Assembly (NCBI GenBank): GCA_029858205.1
Contig: JAOUFM010000003.1
Coordinates: forward strand, 210,936-274,935
Source of the DNA: Deltaproteobacteria bacterium
Lineage (GTDB): Bacteria > Desulfobacterota > GWC2-55-46 > DRQE01
DNA length: 64,000 nucleotides
Direction of reading: 5' to 3'
Below, piece after piece: positions 9,921 through 20,589 of the stretch. Numbering within the stretch: the stretch's first letter is position 1; every line of letters begins with the position of its first letter. The notes under the pieces were generated by a model. It did not search any database. It saw only the letters and a list, made by a program, of their open reading frames with translations, and had not been told where the DNA came from. A program made the translations under genes and the position numbers.

Positions 9921-10970
9921 TCATTTCAAGTCTTTAAGACTTATGAATTCGTCGGCACAAACGCAACGCTTAAGTTTTTTTCCATAAAGCTTTTTCAGCA
10001 TGCTTGCCGGTATGCCTATATTCGGCTTTTTAAGAATAAGATCTCCTTCTTCGAGAATTTTCCCTGCCGGAAGATCTGTTCTCGGCACGACACTTCTGCG
10101 AAATATTTCCCGTATCGTCTCAAGTTCTTTTGCCACAGAGTTTTTTTTAACTGGATTTAGCGCGGCTATTTCCAAAAATCTTACTCCCTTTGCCAATTGC
10201 GCCAACTCTTCCATGGTTACGGACGCTATCACGTCGGGGCCAAACATATGCCGCGACATCGTGACATGCACCTCGACAAACCTGGCGCCAAGCGCACAGG
10301 CGGCAAGCCCTGGGTAAATCGTCCCGGAATGGTCCGACAATCCGACCGGGCAACCAAACTGCCGGCTATACCCGGCAAGAACGTTAAGCCCGATTTTTTC
10401 CGGCGGAGTCGGGTACATCGTCGTCGCCTGGAATAAGGAAAAAACAGTTTTTTCCCTTTTTAAAAACGCGACAACTTTTTTTATTTCCCTGTCGGTGCTC
10501 ATGCCGGTAGAGATCAAAACCGGTTTTCGCGTGGCAACTATCCGTTCCAACATTGCCTCATTACCCAATTCTCCGGACCCTATTTTCCACGCGGCAATAC
10601 CTGCCTTTTGCAACAGATTTACGGCCTCTAACGAAAACGGCGAACTGAGAAAATGCAGTCCCTTGCTGCGCGCATACTTTGCCAAACCGCACCATTGCTC
10701 CGGCGTAAACTCCATCCTCTTCCAATAATCATATCTATTTCTGTCCTGCCTGCTAAACTTAACCCTAAACGGTTCATCCAACGTGCTTTCCGCATCGGCG
10801 ATATGGGTTTGGAACTTAATGGCATCCACGCCGGCCTCTGCCACGACATCTACGAATGCATACGCCTGACCGAGGCTCCCGTCGTGCGTTTGCGCGACCT
10901 CGGCAATCAAAAAACACGCCTTGCAGCCTCTTTCGAAATACTTCCCGATATTTTGCATTTTCCGCACCAC
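9921..10970 (-). CDS. neuB: N-acetylneuraminate synthase family (NeuB) with C-terminal SAF domain
   Basis: CFLIAEVAQTHDGSLGQAYAFVDVVAEAGVDAIKFQTH is the NeuB signature, followed by GLSDHSG. The track start is GTG 10970, adjacent to the wzt stop. ATG 10958 is an alternative start. Confidence 0.9.
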   Translation of the reverse strand: MVRKMQNIGKYFERGCKACFLIAEVAQTHDGSLGQAYAFVDVVAEAGVDAIKFQTHIADAESTLDEPFRVKFSRQDRNRYDYWKRMEFTPEQWCGLAKYARSKGLHFLSSPFSLEAVNLLQKAGIAAWKIGSGELGNEAMLERIVATRKPVLISTGMSTDREIKKVVAFLKREKTVFSLFQATTMYPTPPEKIGLNVLAGYSRQFGCPVGLSDHSGTIYPGLAACALGARFVEVHVTMSRHMFGPDVIASVTMEELAQLAKGVRFLEIAALNPVKKNSVAKELETIREIFRRSVVPRTDLPAGKILEEGDLILKKPNIGIPASMLKKLYGKKLKRCVCADEFISLKDLK

Positions 10971-12257
10971 CTATACCACCTTTTGAGGCTGAGTCCAGAC
11001 ATAGGGCAATTTTACGGCACCAAGGCTATGGTATGACCAATTAACATTGGAATACCCCTTTGACGATGGCTCTATAGCGAAATCTAGCGCCGGCCTTATG
11101 CCGTCCTGCAAAGACGGCGCGTACATACTGAGCCAGGTAAAATATCTGCCGGGGCGCAAATAGTTCGGGGATATATCGAGCCCAAACTTGTACATTCCAG
11201 GCGCCATGACAGCCTCCATCACATCTGACAGAACCGCAAACACCTTTGCGTCCATCGAATCAAGTACCCCGAAATGTATTTCCAAAAGATCCAACTGTTG
11301 CCTCACTTCAACATAGATATCTATATGTATCGATTCTTCCTCTTCATACTGTGACCGCGCTTTGCCAATCTTATCCGAGCAAATGGCTTTTACAAAAACC
11401 GCCTTGGCGGTTTTGGGATTTACTTTATGCAAAGGTCTTTCCAAAAGCCTTAAATCATATACGCCATCCTCCCTCGCAGACAGGCCGCAGCCGGAAGGAT
11501 CTTTAACATAATGTTCTATCACTTCATGCGTTACCCCGGACATAGTCACAACGCCTTTAGTAAGCTCTATGCATCTCGTCGTGAGAGATGCTACCGCGCT
11601 CATGTTATGGCTTACAAAAAGGACGGTCCGCCCCCCCTCTGCCACCTCACCCATCTTACCAAGACATTTCTTCTGAAATCCGGCATCACCGACGGCAAGA
11701 ACTTCATCAACTACCAGTATCTCCGGCTCAAGATGCGCAGCAACTGCAAAGGCCAAACGCACATACATGCCGCTCGAATACCGTTTAACAGGCGTATCGA
11801 GAAACTTCTCTATCTCCGAGAACGCCACTATCTCGTCAAACTTGCTTTTTATCTCAGCCCTCGTCATTCCAAGAAGAGCGCCGTTTAAAAGTATATTTTC
11901 CCTTCCGGTAAGTTCCGGATGAAAACCCGTGCCGACCTCGAGAAGGCTCGCAACGCGCCCCTTCATCGTAATACGGCCGGACGTGGGCTCAGTTATCCTC
12001 GAAAGTATTTTCAAGAGCGTACTTTTACCTGCGCCGTTACGGCCTATAATACCTACAACCTCTCCTTCCTTTACGTTGAAGGAAACGTCCTTCAACGCCC
12101 AAACGATATTATCTTCTTCCTTTTTAGGAGCGCCAAAATTCTTGAACGGCGCAGTCAACGTCTGTACTATTTCATCGCGAAGGCTACCGTAAGCCATCCT
12201 TTCGCCGATCCTGTATTGTTTAGATATATTTCTTACTTCTATTATATTCTTAGACAT
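10971..12257 (-). CDS. wzt: polysaccharide ABC exporter ATP-binding protein (Wzt/TagH type) with about 180-aa C-terminal extension
   Basis: Walker A is GRNGAGKSTLLKIL, the ABC signature is YSSGMYVRLAF, and Walker B is ILVVDEVLAVGD. Residues from about 250 to 428 lie beyond the ATPase core. Confidence 0.9.
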   Translation of the reverse strand: MSKNIIEVRNISKQYRIGERMAYGSLRDEIVQTLTAPFKNFGAPKKEEDNIVWALKDVSFNVKEGEVVGIIGRNGAGKSTLLKILSRITEPTSGRITMKGRVASLLEVGTGFHPELTGRENILLNGALLGMTRAEIKSKFDEIVAFSEIEKFLDTPVKRYSSGMYVRLAFAVAAHLEPEILVVDEVLAVGDAGFQKKCLGKMGEVAEGGRTVLFVSHNMSAVASLTTRCIELTKGVVTMSGVTHEVIEHYVKDPSGCGLSAREDGVYDLRLLERPLHKVNPKTAKAVFVKAICSDKIGKARSQYEEEESIHIDIYVEVRQQLDLLEIHFGVLDSMDAKVFAVLSDVMEAVMAPGMYKFGLDISPNYLRPGRYFTWLSMYAPSLQDGIRPALDFAIEPSSKGYSNVNWSYHSLGAVKLPYVWTQPQKVV

Positions 12258-12264
12258 ACTCGTA

Positions 12265-13089
12265 TCAGACCACGTCCGAGAAATAACGCTCTACGCGGCG
12301 GAAATAAAAAACACCGCTTACAAAAACCGCAAAACCGCATACGGCAGACACAGCCAGAGATGCCCAAGGAATATCCACATGACCCAGAACAGCAGCCCGG
12401 ATTGCCTCTATGACACCGGACATCGGGTTTAGCATCAATATCATCTTATACTTTTCCGATAAAAGACCTGCCGGATAAATAACCGGGGTCACGAACATCC
12501 ATATCTGCACGAAAAACGGTATTGCATACTGAATATCCCTGTACCTTACGTTTAGCGCCGAAAACCAAAGCCCGAACCCAACAGCATTCATCATGACGAA
12601 AGACATCAATATCGGCACAAGAAAAATTCCCAAACCAGGCTTTACGCCGTAATAAACCATTATCGCGCCAAACACGAGCGCCGAGATAAAGAAATCCAGA
12701 AACACGGACACGGCGGAACTCGCAGGCATGATGATTCGCGGAAAATATATTTTTGTTATAAGATTTTTTTCAGAAACGACACTGCTGGTAGATTGCGTAA
12801 GCACTGCAGCAAAGTACTGCCACGGTAAAAGACCGGCATACACGAAAACCGGGTACGGTACGCCCTCCGATGGCATCCCCGCGAACCTGCCGAAAATTAC
12901 CGAAAAAACGACCATGGTCAGCACCGGCTGCAGCACGGCCCACACTATGCCGATAACAGCCTGCTTATACTTTACCTTTACATCCCTCCACGCAAGAAAA
13001 TACAAAAGCTCCCTGTACTTCCATATCTCGCGAAGGTCGACCGGTATAAACCCTTTTCTGGGTTCTATGACAGTAACATTATCAGCCAT
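12265..13089 (-). CDS. wzm: polysaccharide ABC-2 type exporter permease (Wzm type)
   Basis: 274 aa and multi-pass hydrophobic. The N-terminal LREIWKYRELLYFLAWRDVKVKYKQAVIGIVWAVLQP is typical of ABC-2 Wzm/TagG. It lies adjacent to wzt. Confidence 0.85.
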   Translation of the reverse strand: MADNVTVIEPRKGFIPVDLREIWKYRELLYFLAWRDVKVKYKQAVIGIVWAVLQPVLTMVVFSVIFGRFAGMPSEGVPYPVFVYAGLLPWQYFAAVLTQSTSSVVSEKNLITKIYFPRIIMPASSAVSVFLDFFISALVFGAIMVYYGVKPGLGIFLVPILMSFVMMNAVGFGLWFSALNVRYRDIQYAIPFFVQIWMFVTPVIYPAGLLSEKYKMILMLNPMSGVIEAIRAAVLGHVDIPWASLAVSAVCGFAVFVSGVFYFRRVERYFSDVV

Positions 13090-13092
13090 AAA

Positions 13093-14034
<942 letters not shown>

Positions 14035-15171
14035 TTAACCTACCGTCAATTTACTATCTGTCCAGGCTATGCCTTTTTTGGCGAGTATCTTTCTGCCTTC
14101 ACCCTTTGAATCGACACCTGCGGCCTCAAGGTCATAATCCACCATTATCTTGACCAGATCCTTGAATGTTATCTCAGGGGTCCACCCGAGTTCCTTTTTG
14201 GCCTTTCTTATGTCAGCCTTAAGCACATCGACCTCTGTAGGCCTTAAATAACGGGGATCGAGCTCTATGATTGCGTATCCCGGCTTTAGACCGTCGGCAA
14301 TGCCTTTTTTAAGAGACTTTATTACTCCCTTTTCCTTAATGCCCTTGCCCTTCCATTCGATCTCTATTCCCGCATATTCGAATGCATGGTTCAAAAAGTC
14401 CCTTACCGACCTTGTATCGCCCGTGCCTATTACAAAATCCCCGGGCTTATCGTGCTGAAGGATGCGCCACTGGCATTCGACGTATTCGGGCGCAAACCCC
14501 CAGTCCCTTTTTGCGTCGAGGTTGCCAAGGTAAAGCTTTTTTTGCTTACCCGCGACTATCGCGGCAAGGGCGCGCGTGATTTTGCGCGTAACAAAAGTCT
14601 CGCCCCTTCTTGGAGATTCGTGGTTAAAAAGTATCCCGTTCGAGGCGAACATGCGGTAGCCTTCGCGGTAGTTTACGGTCATCCAGTACGAGTACACCTT
14701 TGCCGCGGCGTAAGGGCTCTGCGGCCGAAATACCGTTTTCTCGCTTTGCGGAGGAAGCGCGCTCCCAAACATTTCACTCGAAGACGCCTGATAAAAACGC
14801 GCAGGCACTCCGCTTCTCCTGACTGCCTCGAGAAGGCGTGTTGTGCCAAGTCCGGTGATGTCGCCTGTGTATTCGGGTATATCGAAACTCACGCGAACGT
14901 GGCTCTGGGCGCCGAGATGATAAATCTCGTTTGGCGCAATATTGTAAACCAGATTAACGAGCTGTCCCGAGTCCGAAAGGTCTCCGTAGTGAAGTAAAAG
15001 TTTTGTCCCCGGCAGGTGACGGTCCTTATATATATGATCTATCCTGTGGGTATTGAAGGTACTGGCGCGCCGTATTATGCCGTGCACCTCGTAGCCCTTG
15101 CTTAAGAGAAGTTCGGCAAGGTAGCTTCCGTCCTGCCCTGTTATTCCCGTTATAAGCGCGCGCTTTCCCAT
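14035..15171 (-). CDS. gmd: GDP-mannose 4,6-dehydratase
   Basis: [46 protein letters not shown] and [21 protein letters not shown] are highly characteristic of Gmd. Confidence 0.95.
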   Translation of the reverse strand: MGKRALITGITGQDGSYLAELLLSKGYEVHGIIRRASTFNTHRIDHIYKDRHLPGTKLLLHYGDLSDSGQLVNLVYNIAPNEIYHLGAQSHVRVSFDIPEYTGDITGLGTTRLLEAVRRSGVPARFYQASSSEMFGSALPPQSEKTVFRPQSPYAAAKVYSYWMTVNYREGYRMFASNGILFNHESPRRGETFVTRKITRALAAIVAGKQKKLYLGNLDAKRDWGFAPEYVECQWRILQHDKPGDFVIGTGDTRSVRDFLNHAFEYAGIEIEWKGKGIKEKGVIKSLKKGIADGLKPGYAIIELDPRYLRPTEVDVLKADIRKAKKELGWTPEITFKDLVKIMVDYDLEAAGVDSKGEGRKILAKKGIAWTDSKLTVG

Positions 15172-15172
15172 T

Positions 15173-15874
15173 CTATTCTCCCGGATTGTTTTTTATTATA
15201 GTAGGCCTCTCGGCCCAGCGTTTCTTATCGACAAAAACGGTGTTAACGAACGTATCGCCGCAGACGATATATCCATTACGCTCCATCACCTTGAATATTT
15301 CATCGTTCTTCCTGTTCTCGTTATAATAAACGGTCTCTATGCAAAACACCTCGGGTCTGTACTTCTTGAAATCGAAACTCTCGAGTATCTCGACCTCGAG
15401 GCCTTCGACGTCAATGGTTACAAGGTTCGGGCATTTATCGAAATATTTTTCGATTATCCCGTTTATGGGCACGACATTTATCTTCAACACCTTCGGCTCG
15501 CCGCTGCCAATACTCTTGTAACGCTCCATGGTTTCCCTGCTGCAGGTGCTAAGTGTTGTGCCGCCCGGTATAACGTAAAAATCAATGACCCCTGCCTTTG
15601 CCGCAACGCCGACATTAAGATTAACGTCCCTTCTTCTCTTAAAACCGAACTTGGCGAAAAGCTCCGGGTCTGGCTCCACGTTCACGCCCTTGCATCCGTT
15701 CTTGTAAAAATAGTACGTGTTACTGAACTTAACGGGGTCGTGCGCGCCGACATCAAGATAAGTGGGTTTACGTATCTTTAACGCCCTCAAGATGAAATCC
15801 GCAAGCACGTCCTCGCCTGCCTGGGCGTAAGATCTCTTATAATCTCTTTTGAATATATTCCTTATGAATTTCAT
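15173..15874 (-). CDS. FkbM-family methyltransferase
   Basis: Carries the motifs [19 protein letters not shown] and [14 protein letters not shown]. Confidence 0.75.
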   Translation of the reverse strand: MKFIRNIFKRDYKRSYAQAGEDVLADFILRALKIRKPTYLDVGAHDPVKFSNTYYFYKNGCKGVNVEPDPELFAKFGFKRRRDVNLNVGVAAKAGVIDFYVIPGGTTLSTCSRETMERYKSIGSGEPKVLKINVVPINGIIEKYFDKCPNLVTIDVEGLEVEILESFDFKKYRPEVFCIETVYYNENRKNDEIFKVMERNGYIVCGDTFVNTVFVDKKRWAERPTIIKNNPGE

Positions 15875-15891
15875 CTCATTGAACTCCGGCC

Positions 15892-17217
15892 CTACGCCGG
15901 CACCACCTTTTTGCTTTTAAATTTCCTTGCCGCGCCTCTTGCATCCACCACTATCTTGCTGTTAACAGCTATCATCTTATAGTCGTAACACGTATGGTCC
16001 GTGGATATGACGACGCAATCGTATTTCTTTAACGCCGCGGGGGTAAGTTTCACGGACTTAAGTTCGATTGCATGGTGCCGCATCCTCGGCATCTTCGGCA
16101 CATAGGGGTCGTTATAATCCACCTTTGCGCCAAGCCCCTTTAGCATTTCTATGATATGCACGGAAGGAGACTCCCTCATGTCATCCACATCTTTTTTATA
16201 CGCCGCTCCGAGCACAAGGATACGCGAGCCTTTGACGGACTTGCCTTCCTTGTTTAGCGCTGTACCGACCTTCCCAATGACATAAGAAGGCATGGAGGTG
16301 TTTATCTCCCCGGCAAGCTCTATAAAGCGCGTTGCGAACTCGTACTCCTTCGCCTTCCACGTAAGGTAAAACGGGTCTATGGGAATGCAATGCCCGCCAA
16401 GGCCCGGGCCCGGATAAAAGGCCTGGAACCCGAAGGGCTTGGTCTTCGAGGCATCGATGACCTCCCATATGTCAATGCCCATCTTATCGGTAAGCATCTT
16501 AAGCTCGTTTACAAGCGCTATATTGACGCAGCGATATATATTCTCGAGAAGCTTTGTCATCTCTGCCGCGCGCGTGGTAGAGACCTCTACCACCTTATCT
16601 ATAATCTGCGAGTACAACAGACTGCCCGCTGCCAGACAATCCTTTGTAACACCGCCAACCACCTTGGGAATCGTCTTTGTCGAAAAATCCTTTCTCCCCG
16701 GATCTTCCCTTTCGGGCGAGAATACAAGGAAGTAATCTTTGCCGACACGAAGCCCTGTTTTTTCGAATTCCGTAAGAAGTATTTCGTCGGTTGTTCCGGG
16801 ATAAGTAGTGGACTCAAGAGAAACAAGCTGGCCTATTCTAAGGCGCTCCACTATCTCCTTTGTCGTACCGACAACATAGCTCATATCCGGCTCGCGCATC
16901 TTACCCAGCGGCGTAGGCACGCATATGATGACCGCATCCGGCTCCTTAAGCCTGTTCATGTCAGCGGTCGCGGCAAACTTCTTTCCCTTGACATGTTTTG
17001 CGATATCCCCTGCGGCTATGTGCTTTATGTAAGACCTTCCGGCATTGAGCGCCTTTACTTTGGACGAGTCAACATCGAACCCGAGCACCCTGAAGCCTTC
17101 GTCGCAGAACCTGAGTACCAGCGGCAACCCGACATAACCAAGCCCGATAACGCCTATGAGCGCGCTTCGTTTTTCTATTTTTTCAAGCAGTTTTTCTTTT
17201 ACGATATTTTTCGCCAT
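15892..17217 (-). CDS. nucleotide-sugar dehydrogenase (UDP-GlcNAc/UDP-ManNAc 6-dehydrogenase-like, WbpA/WecC/TviB group)
   Basis: N-terminal Rossmann [13 protein letters not shown], a catalytic region with [13 protein letters not shown], and a length of 441 aa. Confidence 0.85.
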   Translation of the reverse strand: MAKNIVKEKLLEKIEKRSALIGVIGLGYVGLPLVLRFCDEGFRVLGFDVDSSKVKALNAGRSYIKHIAAGDIAKHVKGKKFAATADMNRLKEPDAVIICVPTPLGKMREPDMSYVVGTTKEIVERLRIGQLVSLESTTYPGTTDEILLTEFEKTGLRVGKDYFLVFSPEREDPGRKDFSTKTIPKVVGGVTKDCLAAGSLLYSQIIDKVVEVSTTRAAEMTKLLENIYRCVNIALVNELKMLTDKMGIDIWEVIDASKTKPFGFQAFYPGPGLGGHCIPIDPFYLTWKAKEYEFATRFIELAGEINTSMPSYVIGKVGTALNKEGKSVKGSRILVLGAAYKKDVDDMRESPSVHIIEMLKGLGAKVDYNDPYVPKMPRMRHHAIELKSVKLTPAALKKYDCVVISTDHTCYDYKMIAVNSKIVVDARGAARKFKSKKVVPA

Positions 17218-17253
17218 AGCACCTCATTTAAAGCCGTTTCTCAGGATTTTTTC

Positions 17254-17868
17254 TCAAACCTGTCCTTTTTTGCTGATGTCTATGATCCGTGCCTGAACAA
17301 CCCCTGCCTCTATCAATGCCTTCGAAAGTTCCGCGCTTCTATAAAACGAAGTTATTACTATGGCCTCGGCTGCGCCGTCCCTGAGCTTTTCAATACCGAC
17401 AACCGGCATATCGAAAAACTTTTCGGTTCTTTCGATATCCGAAATGCAGACAAGCTCCAACCCGGCCTCCTTTAAAGACAGATACGCTATCTCGGCAACC
17501 TCATCTACGCCGCAGAAAGCGACTCTGCTTATGCCAAGCTCCTTCAACCTTGCAAACAGTTCAGCGAAATCCGTCCTCGCAACCCTGTAGAGGTTGGTAA
17601 AATTCCTCAGATGTTCGTAGGTGAGACGGGTCTTTTCAAGAAAACCATTTGGCGTAAGATAATATTTGTAGCGCTTTGCGGGAATACCGGAGACTGTTAT
17701 GTAACCTTTTGAAATGAGATTCTTTATGTAGGAATTTATGAGTCCCAGCGCAATACCGAGGTTTTTGCTTATTTCACGCTGGGTTAGGTCGCCGTTTCGC
17801 GATATCTCGTCAAGCACGAGAAGCGAACGGTACCCATCCATATGGCCGTTTTTATCCTCGCTGTTCAT
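17254..17868 (-). CDS. winged-helix (MarR-like) transcriptional regulator with C-terminal Rossmann-like domain; first gene of the glycan cluster
   Basis: LVLDEISRNGDLTQREISKNLGIALGLINSYIKNLISKGYITV is a wHTH segment. The start is uncertain: the track ORF begins at 17919, and I prefer ATG 17868 (MNSEDK). Confidence 0.55.
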   Translation of the reverse strand: MNSEDKNGHMDGYRSLLVLDEISRNGDLTQREISKNLGIALGLINSYIKNLISKGYITVSGIPAKRYKYYLTPNGFLEKTRLTYEHLRNFTNLYRVARTDFAELFARLKELGISRVAFCGVDEVAEIAYLSLKEAGLELVCISDIERTEKFFDMPVVGIEKLRDGAAEAIVITSFYRSAELSKALIEAGVVQARIIDISKKGQV

Positions 17869-18050
17869 ACTATGAACATACCATTTAATCAGGCATTTTG
17901 TCAAGTAAAACGCGTTCATGCAATGAACTGGCCGCGCGCAAAAAATTAGTAATTTACATTTGCCGGGGTTTTATTGTATGGTATATTACTTAAAATTCCC
18001 CGTGCTGTTTTATTAAAAAATATTCCAACTTCGCTATCTGAAAAGTAAAT

Positions 18051-18080
18051 TTGGCCATGCCAGTCTTTTTATGCTACAAT
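18051..18080 (+). promoter_or_regulatory. putative sigma-70 promoter for the five-gene cassette
   Basis: TTGGCC (18051-18056), an 18-nt spacer, then TACAAT (18075-18080), 22 nt upstream of ATG 18103. It lies inside a 183-nt AT-rich divergent intergenic region. Confidence 0.3.
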
Positions 18081-18102
18081 AAAAGATACGGGTATATCCA
18101 AC

Positions 18103-20238
18103 ATGAATGCCAGAGATTTTGAAAAAGAGATAAAAATCCACATCGAAGCGCGCTACCCCATTTTGTGGCTCGTATCGTTCGAAGAGCGCCGGGTCGAGCG
18201 CATCGTCGAAAACCTCTGCAATACCAACGGGTTCAAGTTCTGGACATGGTCCGTGTCAAAAGGGCTCTACGGTAGCGACAAAAAAAAGAAAGAGCCCGTT
18301 GGCAGGGAAAAAATCCTTACCTCCATTGAGGAAAAGATAGTAAAGAACGAGGAAATCAATAACTTCTTCCTTTTAAAGGACATTGCCGGGTATTTCCAAT
18401 CCCACGAGTTCCTAAGAAAGTTTCGCGACATCCCGGGCACCATCGAGGACTATCGCTCGCTTAACACCGTCTGCATCCTCTCGCCAACACTTAGCGAGAT
18501 TCCGCCGGAGCTCGAAGAAGACATCGTGGTAATCGAGCTTAGCCTGCCCGAGTACGACGAAATCGAGGAGATGGTAAACACGAACTTTTCCAAATACATC
18601 CCCGCGTCGTGGCATTCGTCTACGAGGTCGGTTCTCTACAAATCGCTACAGGGCCTTTCTCTAGATAACATCAAAAGGGTCGTAAGAAAGGCAATCAGCC
18701 TGAATAGAGGCGTGCTGAACGAAGAATGCATCAAGTACATACAGGACGAGAAGCAGCAAATCATAAAAAAGCAGCAGATACTCGATTACTACCCCTACAG
18801 GGAAACTATCGACCACATCGGCGGCCTCGATGAAATAAAAAAATGGTTCGTCGAGAGAGAGCATGTCTTCCGTTTAAGCAAGGGCAAAATCGAAACTCTC
18901 GGCCTTGACGTTCCAAAAGGCCTCATGCTAATTGGCGTTCCGGGCTCCGGGAAAAGCCTCTGCTGCAAGGCCCTTGCCGGCATCTGGAACCTTCCGCTTC
19001 TAAGAATGGACGTAGGCCGTCTCTTTGGCTCGACAGTCGGAGAGTCCGAGAAAAATATTCGTAAGGCCATACAGCTTGCAGAGGCGGTAAGCCCCTGCAT
19101 AATGTGGATCGACGAGATAGACAAGGCATTCGGCGGAATATCCGGTTTCCAGGGGGATTCGGGCACGCAGCTAAGGGTGTTTGGCACCTTCATCACATGG
19201 CTGCAGGAAAAGGACAAACCCGTCTTTGTCATAGCAACTGCCAACGACCCGAAAAACCTTCCTCCCGAGCTATGGAGAAAAGGCCGCTACGACGAAGTGT
19301 TCTTCGTCGATCTTCCAAGCGCCGAGGAAAGAGACGAAATATTCAAGATACACCTCGAAAGAAGAGGACAAAAACCGTCGAACTTCCGCTTAAAGGAACT
19401 CTCGCAGAACTCGCAGGGCTACACGGGCGCCGAGATAGAGCAGGCCATAAAGGACGCGGTCGTTGCCACATTCAACACTCTGCACGAGGGAAAAGAAGCA
19501 AAAGAGGCCGACGCAATAATAGACGGCACCTTAACCCTCTCACTCGACACGGCAACGCTTCTCGAAGCGATACGGCACATAACGCCGCTCTCGGTTCTGA
19601 AAAAAGAGGAGATCGAGGCGCTTCGCGAATGGAGCCAGCAAAGGGCGCGGCCCGCATCGAAGTCTCTCTTCATGCAGCGCGCAGAGATGCTCTCTGACGC
19701 GGAAAAGCGCACTATCGCCATACACGAGGCCGGACATATAATAATGATGTGGCATCACTTCAATGGCACGCCGGTCTTCGTGAGCATAGATAACTACAAG
19801 GACACCTCTGCATTCACCGGCAAGAGCGAAAGCCTCGTAAACACACTTACCAAGCGCGACCTGGAAAAGGAAATCGGCGTGATGCTTGGCGGCATGGTGG
19901 CCGAAGACGAGGTCGGCGGAGCGGACTCGAAAACTGTTGGCGCCTCGCACGACCTTAGCGACGCAACGGCCAAGGCAAGAAGAATGGTCGTGGAATACGG
20001 CTTTGGCGACATAATGAAGAACACGAGCCTTGTAGAGCTCCAGGAATACGCCATGATGTCCGGGAAAGACATTCTCGAGGACATACAGAAGATAATCCAC
20101 GGCGCAAAGGAAGAGACCGAGTCCGTCATTTCGAAGAACAAAGCGCTTCTCGAAAAGCTCGCGGACAAGCTCGTGGCGGAGATACTCGTAAACGGCGAGG
20201 GATTAAGGAATTTCCTTACGCAGCACAATCTGGAATAA
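18103..20238 (+). CDS. soluble AAA+ ATPase (Ycf46-like N-terminus) fused to C-terminal FtsH-type M41 zinc-metalloprotease domain
   Basis: Walker A GVPGSGKS (aa 278-285), Walker B CIMWIDEID, second region of homology ATANDPKNLPPELWRKGRYDEVFFVDLP, and Zn motif HEAGH (aa 541-545). FtsH-like LGGMVAEDEVGG and GASHDLSDATAKARRMVVEYGFG follow. The N-terminal 250 aa are hydrophilic (ARYPILWLVSFEERRVERIV) with no TM helix. Confidence 0.8.
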   Translation: MNARDFEKEIKIHIEARYPILWLVSFEERRVERIVENLCNTNGFKFWTWSVSKGLYGSDKKKKEPVGREKILTSIEEKIVKNEEINNFFLLKDIAGYFQSHEFLRKFRDIPGTIEDYRSLNTVCILSPTLSEIPPELEEDIVVIELSLPEYDEIEEMVNTNFSKYIPASWHSSTRSVLYKSLQGLSLDNIKRVVRKAISLNRGVLNEECIKYIQDEKQQIIKKQQILDYYPYRETIDHIGGLDEIKKWFVEREHVFRLSKGKIETLGLDVPKGLMLIGVPGSGKSLCCKALAGIWNLPLLRMDVGRLFGSTVGESEKNIRKAIQLAEAVSPCIMWIDEIDKAFGGISGFQGDSGTQLRVFGTFITWLQEKDKPVFVIATANDPKNLPPELWRKGRYDEVFFVDLPSAEERDEIFKIHLERRGQKPSNFRLKELSQNSQGYTGAEIEQAIKDAVVATFNTLHEGKEAKEADAIIDGTLTLSLDTATLLEAIRHITPLSVLKKEEIEALREWSQQRARPASKSLFMQRAEMLSDAEKRTIAIHEAGHIIMMWHHFNGTPVFVSIDNYKDTSAFTGKSESLVNTLTKRDLEKEIGVMLGGMVAEDEVGGADSKTVGASHDLSDATAKARRMVVEYGFGDIMKNTSLVELQEYAMMSGKDILEDIQKIIHGAKEETESVISKNKALLEKLADKLVAEILVNGEGLRNFLTQHNLE

Positions 20239-20248
20239 GGGCCCCGCT

Positions 20249-20587
20249 ATGTCGTTTTTCACAAAGCTCAACACCGAACTCAAAAACAAACAGTACGTGC
20301 TCGCTGCCATAGCCGCCCTTAAGCAGACAGGCGAGATAAAGAACTACGCCATAAACGAAAAGAAGGAAAGCGTCGAAATAAACCGCGCCGGCGACATTAT
20401 ACAGGTAGTAAAAACAAAGACCGGCGAGTACGAACTGCAGGGAGACGCAAGAGTGGTAAGCGCCTTCTCGAGCAGGCTAAAGCAGCTCTACGCGTACGAG
20501 GCAATCAAAGACAACATGCCGCTGGACTTCGAGATAGCCGAAGAGATAGAAACCGCCGGAGAGATCCGCATCGTGCTTAAAGGCTAA
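20249..20587 (+). CDS. DUF1257-like small protein (Ycf35-like)
   Basis: 112 aa. The N-terminus MSFFTKLNTELKNKQYVLAAIAALKQTG resembles the MSHF(S/T)xIKTxl...L..AL..LG opening I associate with DUF1257. It starts 10 nt after the AAA+ stop. Confidence 0.5.
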   Translation: MSFFTKLNTELKNKQYVLAAIAALKQTGEIKNYAINEKKESVEINRAGDIIQVVKTKTGEYELQGDARVVSAFSSRLKQLYAYEAIKDNMPLDFEIAEEIETAGEIRIVLKG

Positions 20588-20589
20588 AT

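Noticed and set aside
16390-17475. 361-aa plus-strand ORF, the longest unassigned ORF in the track
   Set aside because: It lies entirely antisense to the strongly recognisable nucleotide-sugar dehydrogenase and the regulator gene. It is Arg/Leu/Cys/Tyr-rich with no domain signature. The same reasoning applies to other long antisense ORFs: 38545-39324, 42917-43639, 26658-27407, 55696-56259, 61183-61803, 21116-21775, 19540-20100 and 42051-42575.
20249-20587. Possible glycyl-radical motif (DARVVSAF) in the DUF1257-like protein, which would make it the activase substrate
   Set aside because: The canonical motif is RV(S/A/C)G(Y/F/W) with an essential Gly, and this string has no Gly at that position. 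The resemblance is therefore probably coincidental. It is kept only as a note in the activase finding.
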